DNA of 64,000 nt from Pseudomonas sp. UBA2684 (GCF_002354655.1 NZ_DELY01000050.1:15885-79884); one strand, 5' to 3'; counted from the first letter of the stretch, positions 47,481 to 58,584 are shown. The notes: generated from the letters alone by a model not told the origin. Numbers and translations are program-made.

Positions 47481-47936
47481 ATGAAAGACCTCGTATTCGG
47501 CATGACCTTCGTCGCGTTAGGTATCGCCGTCATCATCCTGGCGCAAGATTTCCCAGCAGTACCGGGTATGCAGTATGGCGCCGACCTGTTCCCCACCCTG
47601 ATTGCCATCGGCATGATCGGCGCGGGCAGCGTCCTCAGCTTCACCGCACTGGGCCAGATACGTCAAAGCAGCGTTGCCATCCGCCTGCCGAGCGGCTTCT
47701 TGCGCAGCACTCTGGGCGTGGCGCTGCCGTGCCTGATGGTGGTCGTCTACATCCTGTTCAACGAAACCCTCGGCGCGGCCTTGACGATGCTGTTGATCAT
47801 GCTGGTGCTGCTGGTCCAGCAAGGCGTTCGCATACTGCCCGCCGTGGCCATCAGCGTGGCCGCTACCGCCGTGATCAGCCTGTCCTTCGGCCACCTGCTC
47901 AAGGTTCCCCTTCCAGTCGGACCGCTGGGTTTCTGA
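47481..47936 (+). CDS. TctB-family small membrane subunit
   Basis: Four TM segments, GADLFP, C-terminal LKVPLPVG. Confidence 0.85.
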   Translation: MKDLVFGMTFVALGIAVIILAQDFPAVPGMQYGADLFPTLIAIGMIGAGSVLSFTALGQIRQSSVAIRLPSGFLRSTLGVALPCLMVVVYILFNETLGAALTMLLIMLVLLVQQGVRILPAVAISVAATAVISLSFGHLLKVPLPVGPLGF

Positions 47937-47946
47937 GGAGTCACGT

Positions 47947-49476
47947 ATGAACGAATTACTTGATGGAATGCTCCTCGTCTTCAACCTCCAGACGTTGCTG
48001 GTGATCCTCATCGCGGCAGTTTTCGGCGTCTTCGTCGGCGCCATCCCCGGCCTTTCGGCGACCATGGCGGTGGCCCTGCTGGTGCCGATCACCTTTGCCA
48101 TGGAACCCACGGCCGCGATTGCCGCAATCATCACCACCGCCGCCATGGCGATCTTCGCCGGCGACATTCCCGCCACCTACCTGAACATTCCCGGCACACC
48201 CGCCTCGGCGGCCTATGTCGCCGACTCTGCCGCCCTGGGCAGGCTAGGCCGCGCCCGCGAATGCCTGGGCGTCAACGTGACCTGCTCGATGATCGGTGGC
48301 CTGGCCGGCACGCTGGTGCTGGTGATGGTCGCCCCCTCACTGGCCGAATTCGCCCTCAACTTCAGCTCGTACGAATACTTCTGGCTGGCGCTGCTCGGCC
48401 TGGGCAGCGCGGTATTCATTTCCCCGGGCTCGGCCGTCAAGGGCTTCCTCTCGCTGATGGTCGGCCTGCTGCTGGCCACCGTGGGCCTGGACCTGGTCAC
48501 CGGCGCGCCGCGCTTCACCTTCGATGTGCCGGACCTGATGGGGGGCATTAACTTCATTCCGGTGATGATCGGCTTCTTCGCCATGTACGAGGTGATGAAG
48601 CTCTACGGCCAGCACAAGCTCACCGGCGGCCGCACCACACAGACCATCGCCCCGCAGCACGGCAGCGTGTTTGGCCAGGTGCCCACGCACCTCAAGCGCT
48701 ACTGGAAAAACGTCATTCGCGGCAGCACCCTGGGCGCCTTTATCGGTGCCCTGCCCGGTGCCGGCGCGGACATCGCGGCCTGGATCTCGTATGCGGTCAG
48801 CAAGAAGCGTTCGAAAACCCCCGAAGCGTATGGCACCGGCCATATCGAGGGGCTGGTCGATGCCAGCTCGGCGAACAACTCCGCGGTCGCGGGCGCCTGG
48901 GTGCCGGCACTGGTGTTCGGCATCCCCGGCGACTCGATCACCGCGATCGTGATTGGCGTGCTGTACATGAAAGGCATGAACCCCGGCCCGACCATCTTCA
49001 TGGACAACAGCGCCATGGCTTACGGCCTGTTCACCGCCTTCTTCGTCGCCAACCTGATCCTCCTGCCGATCGGTTACCTGGCGATTCGCAGCGCGCATGT
49101 CTTCGCCGTCACGCCGACCCGCGTGCTGATGCCGATCATCCTGTGCTTCTGCATCGTCGGTGCCTTCGCCATCAATAACAGCCTGACCGACGTGTGGATC
49201 ATGCTGGCCTGTGGCGTCGCCGCCTACCTGATCGCCACCGCCGACTTCCCCATCGCCCCGGCGATTCTCGGCCTGGTGCTGGGCAATATCCTGGAAAGCA
49301 ACTTCATGACTTCGATGATCAAGGCCAACGGCAACCTGCTGGCCTTTATCGAGCGCCCAATCAGCGCCTGCCTGGGCCTACTCGTCCTGCTGATCGCCCT
49401 GTTCCCGCTGATCGCCAAGCTCTGGCGCGCGCGCTATCCCGCCGCCCTGCCCCCGACCAAGGAAGCCATTGAATGA
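47947..49476 (+). CDS. TctA-family large membrane subunit
   Basis: GAIPGLSATM, NIPGTPAS, FGIPGD. Confidence 0.92.
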   Translation: MNELLDGMLLVFNLQTLLVILIAAVFGVFVGAIPGLSATMAVALLVPITFAMEPTAAIAAIITTAAMAIFAGDIPATYLNIPGTPASAAYVADSAALGRLGRARECLGVNVTCSMIGGLAGTLVLVMVAPSLAEFALNFSSYEYFWLALLGLGSAVFISPGSAVKGFLSLMVGLLLATVGLDLVTGAPRFTFDVPDLMGGINFIPVMIGFFAMYEVMKLYGQHKLTGGRTTQTIAPQHGSVFGQVPTHLKRYWKNVIRGSTLGAFIGALPGAGADIAAWISYAVSKKRSKTPEAYGTGHIEGLVDASSANNSAVAGAWVPALVFGIPGDSITAIVIGVLYMKGMNPGPTIFMDNSAMAYGLFTAFFVANLILLPIGYLAIRSAHVFAVTPTRVLMPIILCFCIVGAFAINNSLTDVWIMLACGVAAYLIATADFPIAPAILGLVLGNILESNFMTSMIKANGNLLAFIERPISACLGLLVLLIALFPLIAKLWRARYPAALPPTKEAIE

Positions 49477-50519
49477 GCCGTATCGCCCCGCAGCAACTCG
49501 AAAACTTCATCGAACAGCTGTTCCTCGACACCGACGTCAGCCCGGAAGTGGCCAGCGTGGTCAGCCGGGTGCTAGTAGAAGGCGACCTGCTCGGCCATCA
49601 CACCCACGGGGTAAAACTGGCCCAGGGTTACCTGAAAGACCTGCGCAATGGCCACGCCAAAGGCAACGCCGAGAGCCTGCGCATCGTCAAGCAGAGCCCG
49701 GCGGCGGTGCTCTACGACGCCGACTACCTGCTCGGCCCCTACTGCGTGGAGCGGGCGCTGGATTTCACCGCCCAGGCCGCGCGCACCTTCGGCATCGGCG
49801 TGGCCAGCATCCGCCGCTCGCACCACATCGCCTGCCTGGCCGCCTACCTGCAGCGTTACACCGACCAGGGTCTGATGCCCCTGGTGCTGACCTCGGACCC
49901 GGCCGTCGCCTCGGTGGCGCCGCATGGCGGGCTGGACCCGGTGTACACCCCCAACCCGCTGGGGATCGGCATCCCCACCGGCGCCAAGCCGATTCTCATC
50001 GACGTCAGTATGTCGACCATCACCAACGGCCTGGTCAACAAGACCCACCAGGCCGGTGGCCAGCTGGAGCACCCGGCCCTGATCGGCCAGGATGGCCAAC
50101 CGACCCGTGACACCGCCGCCTATTTCACCAGCCCGCCAGGCAGCATCCTGCCCCTGGGCAGCCTGGAGTTCGGCCACAAGGGCTTCGCCCTGGGCACCAT
50201 GGTGGAAGCGCTGACCGCCGGTCTGGGCGGCTTTGGCCGCAAGGATGGCGTCAAGCAATGGGGCGCGGCGGTCACGGTACTGACCTTCGACCCCGAGTTC
50301 TTCGGCGGTACCGAACCGTTCAAGGCGGAGATGGATCACTTCGTCGACGCCTGCCTGGCCAGCCGCCCGCGCCTGCCGCAAAGCCCGGTACGCATGCCCG
50401 GCCACGCCGGCATCGGCCGCCGGCAGAAGGCCTTCGAACAAGGGCTGGAACTGCCCGCAGACGTCCTCGCCGCACTGCGTGGGGCCGCGACCGAAGCAGG
50501 TTGTGCGTACCCGTTCTAA
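49473..50519 (+). CDS. Ldh_2-family (malate/L-lactate-type) NAD(P) oxidoreductase
   Basis: GHHTHG, YTPNPLGIGIP, GHKGFALG. Confidence 0.85.
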   Translation: MSRIAPQQLENFIEQLFLDTDVSPEVASVVSRVLVEGDLLGHHTHGVKLAQGYLKDLRNGHAKGNAESLRIVKQSPAAVLYDADYLLGPYCVERALDFTAQAARTFGIGVASIRRSHHIACLAAYLQRYTDQGLMPLVLTSDPAVASVAPHGGLDPVYTPNPLGIGIPTGAKPILIDVSMSTITNGLVNKTHQAGGQLEHPALIGQDGQPTRDTAAYFTSPPGSILPLGSLEFGHKGFALGTMVEALTAGLGGFGRKDGVKQWGAAVTVLTFDPEFFGGTEPFKAEMDHFVDACLASRPRLPQSPVRMPGHAGIGRRQKAFEQGLELPADVLAALRGAATEAGCAYPF

Positions 50520-50683
50520 GGGGCTGCCCCGCTCCCCCGGTCATTAATAGCGGCCAAGCATGCCCACCCTACCTCGCCTCGTACGAAGGCTTGTCCACCG
50601 GATGCGGTCTAAGCGCGCTCAACTCGCGGCCAAGGCCCCTCCTACCCAGCCAGCACGCAGGCGCCGGACTACGGGTAGTCCAT

Positions 50684-50717
50684 AAAAAAGGGGCGGTTAA
50701 ACCGCCCCTTCTTTTTT
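50684..50717. terminator. Bidirectional terminator between convergent operons
   Basis: AAAAAAGGGGCGGT-TAA-ACCGCCCCTT followed by a T-tract. Confidence 0.8.
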
Positions 50718-50726
50718 AGCCTGGAT

Positions 50727-51932
50727 TTACCGCCGTATGGCTTCAGCCAGCGCACGCCAGTGCGGCGCGTGAATCAAGTCTGGGGTCAGTTCCTCGAGGC
50801 TGGCGCAACCGAGTAGCCCAAGCGTACGGTCCAGTTCGCTGCGCAGGATCTCGATGGCATGCGCTGCGCCCGGCCCCTTGCCTGCCGCCAGGCCATAGAG
50901 CCCGGCGCGCCCAATCAGTACACCGCTGGCGCCCAGCAACAGCGCCTTGGCGATATCGCTGCCACGGCGGAAGCCGCCATCGAGAAACACCGCCATCCGC
51001 CCCTGACTGAGGCGCACCACCTCCGGCAGGGTTTCCAGCGCCGACACCGCGCCGTCGAGCTGACGCCCGCCATGGTTGGACAGCACCACGCCATCGACGC
51101 CGTACTGCAGCGCCAGCCGCGCATCGTCCGGGTGGATCATGCCCTTGACGATCAGCTTGCCCTGCCAGATATCGCGCAACCAGGCGATGTCGTCCCAACT
51201 CAGGGTCGGATCAAGCTCGGCGGCCAGGGCGCTGGCCGCGCCCTTGACCGAATCCTTGCCGGGCGGCAATAGATCGCCCAGGTTCTTGAAGCGCGGCACG
51301 CCGTCAGGCACCAGCACATCCCAGATCCAGTCGGGATGGCGGAGCACATCCAGGCGATTGCGCAGGTCGAGGTGCAGCGGTTTCGCGTAGTTGCGTTTGT
51401 CCCACTCGCGGTTCCCGAAAATGGCGCTATCGGTGGTCACCACAATGGCTTCGAGATTCAAGCGCTTGACCCGTTCGACCAGCTTGGCCACGTGGTCGCG
51501 GGTGCGATACAGGTAGATTTGCATCCAGGCGCGGACGCCCTCGACCGCGGCAATATCCTCGATCGACGTGGTCGAGGCATTGCTCAACACAAAGGGGATA
51601 CCGGCCTTGGCCGCCGCTCGCGCCAGGTGCAGATCGCCATCGCGCGTCAGCAGACCGTTGAAGCCGGTCGGGCCGATCATAAACGGCAACTCGGCGGTTT
51701 GGCCAAAGAAGCGGCGTTGCAGATCGCGCCCACCGACGTCCCGCAGCGTTCGCGGTTGCAACGTCACGCTCTCGAAAATCGAACGGTTGCGCTGCAAGGT
51801 GAACTCGTCATCGGCGCCCCCCTCGACGTACTCGAAAGAGAAGTTGGGCAGACGGCGCCGAGCCATTTCGCGCAGCTCGGCAATATTCTGTGCCCGACGA
51901 AAATCTCGCCCAGGATACAAGCGTCGTTGCAT
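50727..51932 (-). CDS. FMN-dependent alpha-hydroxy acid dehydrogenase/oxidase
   Basis: [28 protein letters not shown]. Confidence 0.9.
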   Translation of the reverse strand: MQRRLYPGRDFRRAQNIAELREMARRRLPNFSFEYVEGGADDEFTLQRNRSIFESVTLQPRTLRDVGGRDLQRRFFGQTAELPFMIGPTGFNGLLTRDGDLHLARAAAKAGIPFVLSNASTTSIEDIAAVEGVRAWMQIYLYRTRDHVAKLVERVKRLNLEAIVVTTDSAIFGNREWDKRNYAKPLHLDLRNRLDVLRHPDWIWDVLVPDGVPRFKNLGDLLPPGKDSVKGAASALAAELDPTLSWDDIAWLRDIWQGKLIVKGMIHPDDARLALQYGVDGVVLSNHGGRQLDGAVSALETLPEVVRLSQGRMAVFLDGGFRRGSDIAKALLLGASGVLIGRAGLYGLAAGKGPGAAHAIEILRSELDRTLGLLGCASLEELTPDLIHAPHWRALAEAIRR

Positions 51933-51989
51933 GTGCTAACCCCTAATACAAATGCCGGGGGCGCCTCGATGCTGCGACGCCCCGCTCGA

Positions 51990-52838
51990 TCAACCCGGCC
52001 AGGCGACAACGTCCTGGCACTGCTCGCCCAGACCGCTGATGCTCAGGCGCATGCGGTCGCCCGGCTTGAGGAACTGCGGCGGCTGCATGCCCGCGCCGAC
52101 GCCCGGTGGCGTCCCGGTGCAGATCACATCGCCGGGGTTGAGGGTCATGAACTGGCTGATGTAGCTGACGATTTCATCGATGGCGAAGATCATGGTGTGG
52201 GTGTTGCCCCGCTGGCGTAGCTCACCGTTCACGCTCAGGCGCAGGTCGAGGTCACGCAGGTCGGCAATCTCATCGGCCGTCACCAGCCAGGGGCCGATGG
52301 GCGCGAAGGTATCGCAGCCCTTGCCCTTGTCCCACGAGCCGCCTCGCTCGTGCTGGAAGGCGCGCTCGGAGACATCGTTGACGATGCAGTAACCGGCAAC
52401 ATGCTCCAGGGCTTTCTCGCGCTCGACATACTGCGCCTTGCGGCCGATAACGATGCCCAGCTCCACCTCCCAGTCGGTCTTTTGCGCGCCGCGCGGGATG
52501 ATCACCCGATCGTTCGGCCCGCAGATCGCGCTGGTCGCCTTCATGAACAGCACCGGTTCGCTGGGCACCGGCAGGTTCGATTCCTTGGCGTGGTCGGCAT
52601 AGTTCAGGCCGACACACACCAGCTTGCCGATGCTGGCGATGGGCGCCGCAATACGCACGCCCGCCTCGACCGTCGGCAGGCTGTCGAGATCCAGCGCGCG
52701 CAACTCCGCGAGCACCTGTGGATCGAGCGTGCGCGGGCTGATGTCCAGCACATGCGCAGACAGGTCGCGCAGGCTGCCGTCGGCAGCCACGATCGCCGGT
52801 TTTTCCTGGCCGGGCGGGCCATAACGCAACAGCTTCAT
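51990..52838 (-). CDS. Fumarylacetoacetate hydrolase family protein
   Basis: CVGLNYADH, DWEVELG, NDVSER, GDVICTGTPPGVG. Confidence 0.92.
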   Translation of the reverse strand: MKLLRYGPPGQEKPAIVAADGSLRDLSAHVLDISPRTLDPQVLAELRALDLDSLPTVEAGVRIAAPIASIGKLVCVGLNYADHAKESNLPVPSEPVLFMKATSAICGPNDRVIIPRGAQKTDWEVELGIVIGRKAQYVEREKALEHVAGYCIVNDVSERAFQHERGGSWDKGKGCDTFAPIGPWLVTADEIADLRDLDLRLSVNGELRQRGNTHTMIFAIDEIVSYISQFMTLNPGDVICTGTPPGVGAGMQPPQFLKPGDRMRLSISGLGEQCQDVVAWPG

Positions 52839-53752
52839 GCCTTGTTCTCCGCGCTGGCGCGCACGCGCACGCCATTGATTTCCCCCAATACATCAAACAG
52901 ACGCGGCACGTACTTGTCGCCGTGGCCGAGGGCCTTGGCCAACATGAAGGTCTGGTACACCGCATCGGCGACCATGGCGGTGGCGGGGGTCGATTTGGTC
53001 AGCTCGGTGTAATAGCGCATGTCCTTTTCGCAGTTGGCCAAGGCGAACTGCTGACCGGAGTCATCGCCGCTCAACACGTAGGGAATGATCCGTTCGAAGG
53101 TGCGGCTGTAGCCGCCACTCATGCTGCAAATTTCCGCGAAGGCGGCCAGGTCGATGTGGTTCTTCGCCGCCGTGCAGAAGGCCTCGGCGAGGATCGTCGC
53201 GTTGCCCTGGGAAATAAAGTTGTGGATCACCTTGGCCTTGTGCCCCGAACCCAGCGGCCCCAGGTGATGGATGGTCTCGGCGAAGCACGCCAGCACCGGG
53301 CGCACCTGGTCCAGCACCTCGGCATCGCCCCCCGCCAGGACGTTGAGACGCCCCAGCACGGCATCTTTGGGGGTGCGGTTGACCGGCGCATCGAGGTAAT
53401 GACCACCGCGTTCGCGCACTTGCGCGGCCAGCTCGGCGGTACGGTTGGGATCGCCTGTGCTGCAATCGACCACGATCTGCCCCGGACGCAAGCCGGCCAA
53501 CACACCCTGCTCGCCGGCCAGCGCCTTGCTCACCTCGGCCGTGCCCGGCAGGCACAGCAGCACCACGTCCATGGCGCGGGTCAGCGCTGCGGCGCTGGCA
53601 AACTCCCGAGCCCCCTTGCCGACCAGGTCGTCAACCGGCTGGCGATTACGGTGCGCCATCACACCGAGGGCAAAGCCCTTCTTCTGGATATTGGCGGCCA
53701 TGGCATGGCCCATCAGCCCGAGGCCGATAAACCCAACATTGATAGCTGTCAT
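52835..53752 (-). CDS. Beta-hydroxyacid dehydrogenase family NAD(P) oxidoreductase
   Basis: GFIGLGLMG, LDAPV, GSGHKAKVIHN. Confidence 0.88.
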   Translation of the reverse strand: MTAINVGFIGLGLMGHAMAANIQKKGFALGVMAHRNRQPVDDLVGKGAREFASAAALTRAMDVVLLCLPGTAEVSKALAGEQGVLAGLRPGQIVVDCSTGDPNRTAELAAQVRERGGHYLDAPVNRTPKDAVLGRLNVLAGGDAEVLDQVRPVLACFAETIHHLGPLGSGHKAKVIHNFISQGNATILAEAFCTAAKNHIDLAAFAEICSMSGGYSRTFERIIPYVLSGDDSGQQFALANCEKDMRYYTELTKSTPATAMVADAVYQTFMLAKALGHGDKYVPRLFDVLGEINGVRVRASAENKA

Positions 53753-53819
53753 TGCGATACCCACGTTGCGTGCAGATCCAAGATGCCGGCGCGGGCGCGC
53801 CGGCCATGTGGCTCAGGGG

Positions 53820-54839
53820 TTATTGCGTAGAGCGGACCTTGGCGATTTCGGCGTTCATGGCTGCCATCAGGTCAGGACCGTATTCGGCAATCAGCTTCTC
53901 GCTGGCCGGACGAACCACCTCACGCATGCGCTCGATTTCGGCCGGGGCCACTTCGTTGATGTGCATGCCCTGCTTGGCCAGCACATCACGCGAACTCACC
54001 GCCATTTCGCGGGAAACCTTGCGCTCGTAGGCTTGCGCTTCGAGGGACGCGGCACGCACCAACTGACGCTCGCTCTCGTTGAACTTGTCCCAGGTGCGCT
54101 TGCTGAAGATCGCCACCAGCGGGTCGTAGAAGTGGCCGGTCAGCGACAGGTATTTCTGCACTTCGTAGAACTTTGAGGTTTCGATGGCCGCCAGCGGGTT
54201 CTCCTGGCCATCAACCGTGTGGGTTTCCAGCGCGGTATAGAGCTCGGTGAACGACAGCGGCACCACGTTGGCGCCCAGGGCCTTGAAGGTTTCGATGGCC
54301 GTCGGGATCTGCTGCAGACGCAGTTTCAGGCCCTTGATGTCTTCCAGGTTGTTCACCGGGCGCTTGCTGTTGGTGACGTGGCGGAAGCCATGGTCCCAAT
54401 ACCCGAGGCCGACAATGCCGTGCGGCTCCAGGGTGCTCAGCAGGTTTTGTCCGGCGGGGCCATCGAGCACCGCATCGACCTCTTCCGCGTTCTGGAACAG
54501 GAACGGCAAGCCGTACAGACCAAAGCCTTTCTCGATACCGGTCAGCAGGCCTGGGGTAACCAGGGTCATGTCCACAGTGCCGCCCTGCACCGACGAAATC
54601 ACCTGGGCATCGCCACCCAGCGTGCCGCTGGCGAAGACCATGACCTTCATCTTGCCGGCGCTTTTCTCTTTGATGATTTCCGCGAACTTCTGTGCCCCCA
54701 GGCCATGCGGGTGATCCTTGGCCTGCACAAACGCGACTTTGAGGGTGTGCCGGTTGATTTCGTCCGCATGAGCGGCAGCAGACACCAACAGCGCGGAAGA
54801 GCAGAGCAGTGCAGTCAGTGCTTTAGGAATGAATTTCAT
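53820..54839 (-). CDS. TRAP transporter substrate-binding protein DctP
   Basis: Signal peptide, GLKLRL, FTELYTALET, VDGQENP. Confidence 0.92.
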   Translation of the reverse strand: MKFIPKALTALLCSSALLVSAAAHADEINRHTLKVAFVQAKDHPHGLGAQKFAEIIKEKSAGKMKVMVFASGTLGGDAQVISSVQGGTVDMTLVTPGLLTGIEKGFGLYGLPFLFQNAEEVDAVLDGPAGQNLLSTLEPHGIVGLGYWDHGFRHVTNSKRPVNNLEDIKGLKLRLQQIPTAIETFKALGANVVPLSFTELYTALETHTVDGQENPLAAIETSKFYEVQKYLSLTGHFYDPLVAIFSKRTWDKFNESERQLVRAASLEAQAYERKVSREMAVSSRDVLAKQGMHINEVAPAEIERMREVVRPASEKLIAEYGPDLMAAMNAEIAKVRSTQ

Positions 54840-54939
54840 GGCTACGTCCTCTTGTTTTTATTACTGCCGTTGTTGGCATGAAAGTGGGCATGCGCCCGTT
54901 CACATCCGCTACGCCCGGTAGCCGATGTGGGGTATCCGT

Positions 54940-56223
54940 TTAGAAAAACCATTGCGCCGGAACCAGCAGCAGCTGTGGGAAGGCCAACAGCAGGCCAATC
55001 ACCAGCAACTCCGCCAGCAGGAACGGCAACACGCCGCGGGCAGTGGCCAGGAAGTCGATCTTCGACACCCCGGCGACGACGTTGAGCACCAGCCCAACGG
55101 GTGGGGTAATCAGGCCGATGGCGCAGGTCATGACAAAGATCACGCCGAAGTAGATCGGGTCGATACCCGCCTCGACCGCCACCGGCATCATCACCGGCGC
55201 CAGGATCAGAATGATCGGCGACATATCCATCGCCATGCCGATGACTACGATGATCGCCACGATCAGCAGCATCAGCAGGCGCGGGCTGTCCATCAACGGC
55301 TCCAGCACCCCGACTACCGAACTCGGCAGGTCGGCCACGGTGATCATCCAGGCCGCCACCATCGCCGAGGCCACCAGGAACATCACCATCGCCGTGGTCA
55401 TGACCGAGGACAGCAGCACCTGGTACATGCTCTTCCAGGTCAGTTCCCGGTAGATCACCAGCGAGACGAACAGCGCATACACCGCAGCGACCACGCCCGC
55501 TTCGGTCGGCGTGAAGACCCCGGCGCGCAGGCCAACCAGAATGATCACCGGCAGCAGCAGCGCCCAGACCCCTTCATAGAAGGCCTTGAGTATTTCCTTG
55601 AGTGGCGCACGCGGCCGGGTGATCAGGGTTTCGCGGTTGGACACGAGGTACCAGGCGACGCACAGCGAGAGGCCCATCATCAGCCCCGGCGCGATCCCGG
55701 CCAGGAACAGCTTGGTAATCGAGACATTGGCCGCCACCCCGAACAGGATCAAACCAATCGACGGCGGCAGCACCGGCGCGATGATCCCGGATGCGGCCAC
55801 CAGACCCGCCGCGGTCGCCCGGTCATGCCCGACCTTAACCATCATCGGCACCAGCAAGGCCGCCAGGGCAGCAGCGTCGGCGGCGGCCGAACCGGAGAGG
55901 CTGGCCAGCACGCAGGCCGCGAGGATGGTCACATACCCCAGACCACCCTTGATATGCCCGACCAACGCGACCGCCATAGTGACGATGCGCTTGGAAAGGC
56001 CGCCCGCGTTCATCAACTCGCCGGCCAGCATGAAGAACGGCACAGCCATCAGCGGAAAGCTGTCCGCCCCATTGACCAGACCCTGGGCGACGATCTGCGC
56101 ATCGAACAGATCGAGGTGATACATCATGGCCAGCGCACAGAGAATCAGTGCGTAGGAAATCGGCACGCCGATCGCCATGGCACCCAGCAGGGAGAATACG
56201 AATATCGCGATGATGATCATCAC
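54940..56223 (-). CDS. TRAP transporter large permease DctM
   Basis: PFFMLAGELM, GSAAAD, PPSIGLILFG, GLITPPVG. Confidence 0.93.
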   Translation of the reverse strand: MMIIIAIFVFSLLGAMAIGVPISYALILCALAMMYHLDLFDAQIVAQGLVNGADSFPLMAVPFFMLAGELMNAGGLSKRIVTMAVALVGHIKGGLGYVTILAACVLASLSGSAAADAAALAALLVPMMVKVGHDRATAAGLVAASGIIAPVLPPSIGLILFGVAANVSITKLFLAGIAPGLMMGLSLCVAWYLVSNRETLITRPRAPLKEILKAFYEGVWALLLPVIILVGLRAGVFTPTEAGVVAAVYALFVSLVIYRELTWKSMYQVLLSSVMTTAMVMFLVASAMVAAWMITVADLPSSVVGVLEPLMDSPRLLMLLIVAIIVVIGMAMDMSPIILILAPVMMPVAVEAGIDPIYFGVIFVMTCAIGLITPPVGLVLNVVAGVSKIDFLATARGVLPFLLAELLVIGLLLAFPQLLLVPAQWFF

Positions 56224-56286
56224 ACCACTCCGGTTTTTATTATGTGGAGAGCGCCGCCAGCTGTCGGCGGCATGCCAGCGGGCGTA

Positions 56287-56790
56287 CTACGGATGCGCAT
56301 CGGCCAAGATGTCCGGGCGATGGATATCGCCGCCACGGGCCAGCCGCACGATTTCGTAAAGATGAATGGCGCAGGCCGACACCCCGAAGAACACCCCGGA
56401 GCCATAGAACAGGCCCATCGACCAGCCGGCGACCGGTGACGGTACGGTCCAGTTGATCTGCATCTGCTGCCAGCTGCCCCAGAAGAACAGGCCCGAGCAG
56501 AGCAGCATCAGCAACTGCGACGCGATCAGGCAGCCGCGCTCGCCCCAACCCGGCAATGCGCGCAGTGCCAGGTCCACGCTCATGTGACCGCGCTCGCGCA
56601 GCAGCACCACCGCGCCAATGAAGGTCAGCCAGACAAAGGCCCAACGGGAAATTTCTTCGGAAATCAGAATGCTCTCGTTGAACGCGTAGCGCAGAACCAC
56701 GTTGCCGAACACCAACACCACCATGGTGACCAGGCAGATGATCGCCAGCACCTTGAGCAGGGTGAAATAGCCTTCGATGAGCTTAAGCAT
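56287..56790 (-). CDS. TRAP transporter small permease DctQ
   Basis: NVVLRY, EEISR, GHMSVD. Confidence 0.9.
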   Translation of the reverse strand: MLKLIEGYFTLLKVLAIICLVTMVVLVFGNVVLRYAFNESILISEEISRWAFVWLTFIGAVVLLRERGHMSVDLALRALPGWGERGCLIASQLLMLLCSGLFFWGSWQQMQINWTVPSPVAGWSMGLFYGSGVFFGVSACAIHLYEIVRLARGGDIHRPDILADAHP

Positions 56791-56981
56791 GGCAACCACC
56801 CGTCAGATCAGGGCAGTTCGCCACTCGGCAGACAGGCGCCGCAAACGGGGCAGATTGCCGCTGCACGCCGACGCTGGGAGAACAGAAACGATGGGCAGCT
56901 AGAACCATCTGTAGAGCCTCACATTGTTGTTTTTGTATGCCGCTTGGCGGCTATGTGGCAGCGACCATAACACCCAAAAAT

Positions 56982-56995
56982 ATTGCATGCAATGT
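56982..56995. promoter_or_regulatory. Palindromic operator in the dctQ/uxaA divergent region
   Basis: Perfect ATTGCATGCAAT; a near copy lies at 59899-59911. Confidence 0.55.
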
Positions 56996-57048
56996 TCATT
57001 TTTGTCAGTATCGATGCCACTCAACAAAACAACAACGAGAAAAAGCCC

Positions 57049-58584
57049 ATGCAACTCATCACGCAGAATCAGTCCGTGGTCATCCTCAGCGACATCGACT
57101 CAGTCGCCGTTGCACGCAAGTCGCTGGCACAGGGAGTGCGCGTTGAAAGCCTTGGTCTAGACGCTGCGGAAGAAATTCCCAGTGGCCACAAAATCGCTCG
57201 ACGGGCCATCACCAAAGGCCAGCAGGTGCTCAAGTACGGCCAGGTCATCGGCATCGCCACCCAGGACATCGCGGCCGGCGCGCATGTCCACACCCACAAC
57301 GTGGCCATGCCCGACAGTCACACCAGCAAAGAGCTGCCAGCGGTCATCGAGCGCACCGCTGTGCTGCCGCCTGAGCAGCGCCGCCGCTTCATGGGCTACC
57401 GGCGCCCGGACGGGCGCGTGGGCACGCGGAACTATATCGGCATCCTCTCCACGGTGAACTGCTCGGCCACCGTTTCCCGTGCGGTAGCCGCACACTTCAA
57501 TGGCTCGGAATTGCTCAAGCAGTACAACATCGACGGCGTGGTCGCGCTGACCCATGGCAGCGGCTGCGCTATCAACACCGATTCGGAAGGTTTCAAGTTT
57601 CTCGAACGCAGCATCTGGGGCTATGCCTGCAACCCCAACATCGCCGGTGCGCTGATCATCGGCCTGGGTTGCGAGACCAACCAGATTTCCTCGCTGATGA
57701 AGCGCTACAACCTCAGTGAAGGGCCGAACTTCCGCGTGTTCAACATCCAGAATGCCGGCGGCACTCGGGCCAGCATCGCCAAGGCCATCGACCAGGTGAC
57801 CGACATGCTGGCGGCCATCGGGCGCCTGGAGCGCACCTCGGAGAGCGTGGAACACATCATGGTCGGCATGCAGTGCGGCGGCTCCGACGGTTACTCGGGG
57901 ATCACCGCCAACCCGGCGCTCGGCTACGCCGCCGACCTGCTGGTGCGCCACGGAGGCACGGCGATTCTCAGCGAAACCCCGGAAATCTACGGCGCCGAAC
58001 ACTTGCTGATCGCCCGCGCCACCAGCCACGACATCGCGCAAAAACTGCTTGATCGCCTGACCTGGTGGGAAAACTACACCCGCATCAACGGCGCAGAGTT
58101 GAACAACAACCCCTCCCCCGGCAACAAGGCCGGCGGCCTCACCACCATCCTGGAAAAGTCCCTCGGCGCCGCCGCCAAAGGCGGCTCCACCTCGCTCAAC
58201 GGCGTGTACGAATGGGGCGAACCCATCACCGAGCACGGCTTCGTGTTCATGGACAGCCCCGGCTATGACCCGGTGTCGGTGACCGGCCAGGTGGCCTCCG
58301 GCGCCAACATGATCTGCTTTACCACCGGACGCGGCTCGGTATCCGGCTTCAAGCCGGCGCCCTGCATCAAACTGGCGACCAACACCGACATGTACCGCCG
58401 CCTGGAAGAGGACATGGACATCAACTGCGGCGGCATCGTCGACGGTGAGCTGAGTGTTGCCGAGGCCGGCGAAAAGATCTTCGACATCCTGCTCGAAATC
58501 GCCTCGGGGACGCCGTCCAAGAGCGAGCAGTACAACTACGGGGACAACGAATTTGTTCCATGGCAGGTAGGCGCGGTCACCTAA
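57049..58584 (+). CDS. UxaA/GarD-family sugar-acid dehydratase (SAF plus catalytic domain)
   Basis: GHKIA SAF domain, GTRNYIG, CGGSDGYSG, NNPSPGN; likely ATG at 57049. Confidence 0.88.
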   Translation: MQLITQNQSVVILSDIDSVAVARKSLAQGVRVESLGLDAAEEIPSGHKIARRAITKGQQVLKYGQVIGIATQDIAAGAHVHTHNVAMPDSHTSKELPAVIERTAVLPPEQRRRFMGYRRPDGRVGTRNYIGILSTVNCSATVSRAVAAHFNGSELLKQYNIDGVVALTHGSGCAINTDSEGFKFLERSIWGYACNPNIAGALIIGLGCETNQISSLMKRYNLSEGPNFRVFNIQNAGGTRASIAKAIDQVTDMLAAIGRLERTSESVEHIMVGMQCGGSDGYSGITANPALGYAADLLVRHGGTAILSETPEIYGAEHLLIARATSHDIAQKLLDRLTWWENYTRINGAELNNNPSPGNKAGGLTTILEKSLGAAAKGGSTSLNGVYEWGEPITEHGFVFMDSPGYDPVSVTGQVASGANMICFTTGRGSVSGFKPAPCIKLATNTDMYRRLEEDMDINCGGIVDGELSVAEAGEKIFDILLEIASGTPSKSEQYNYGDNEFVPWQVGAVT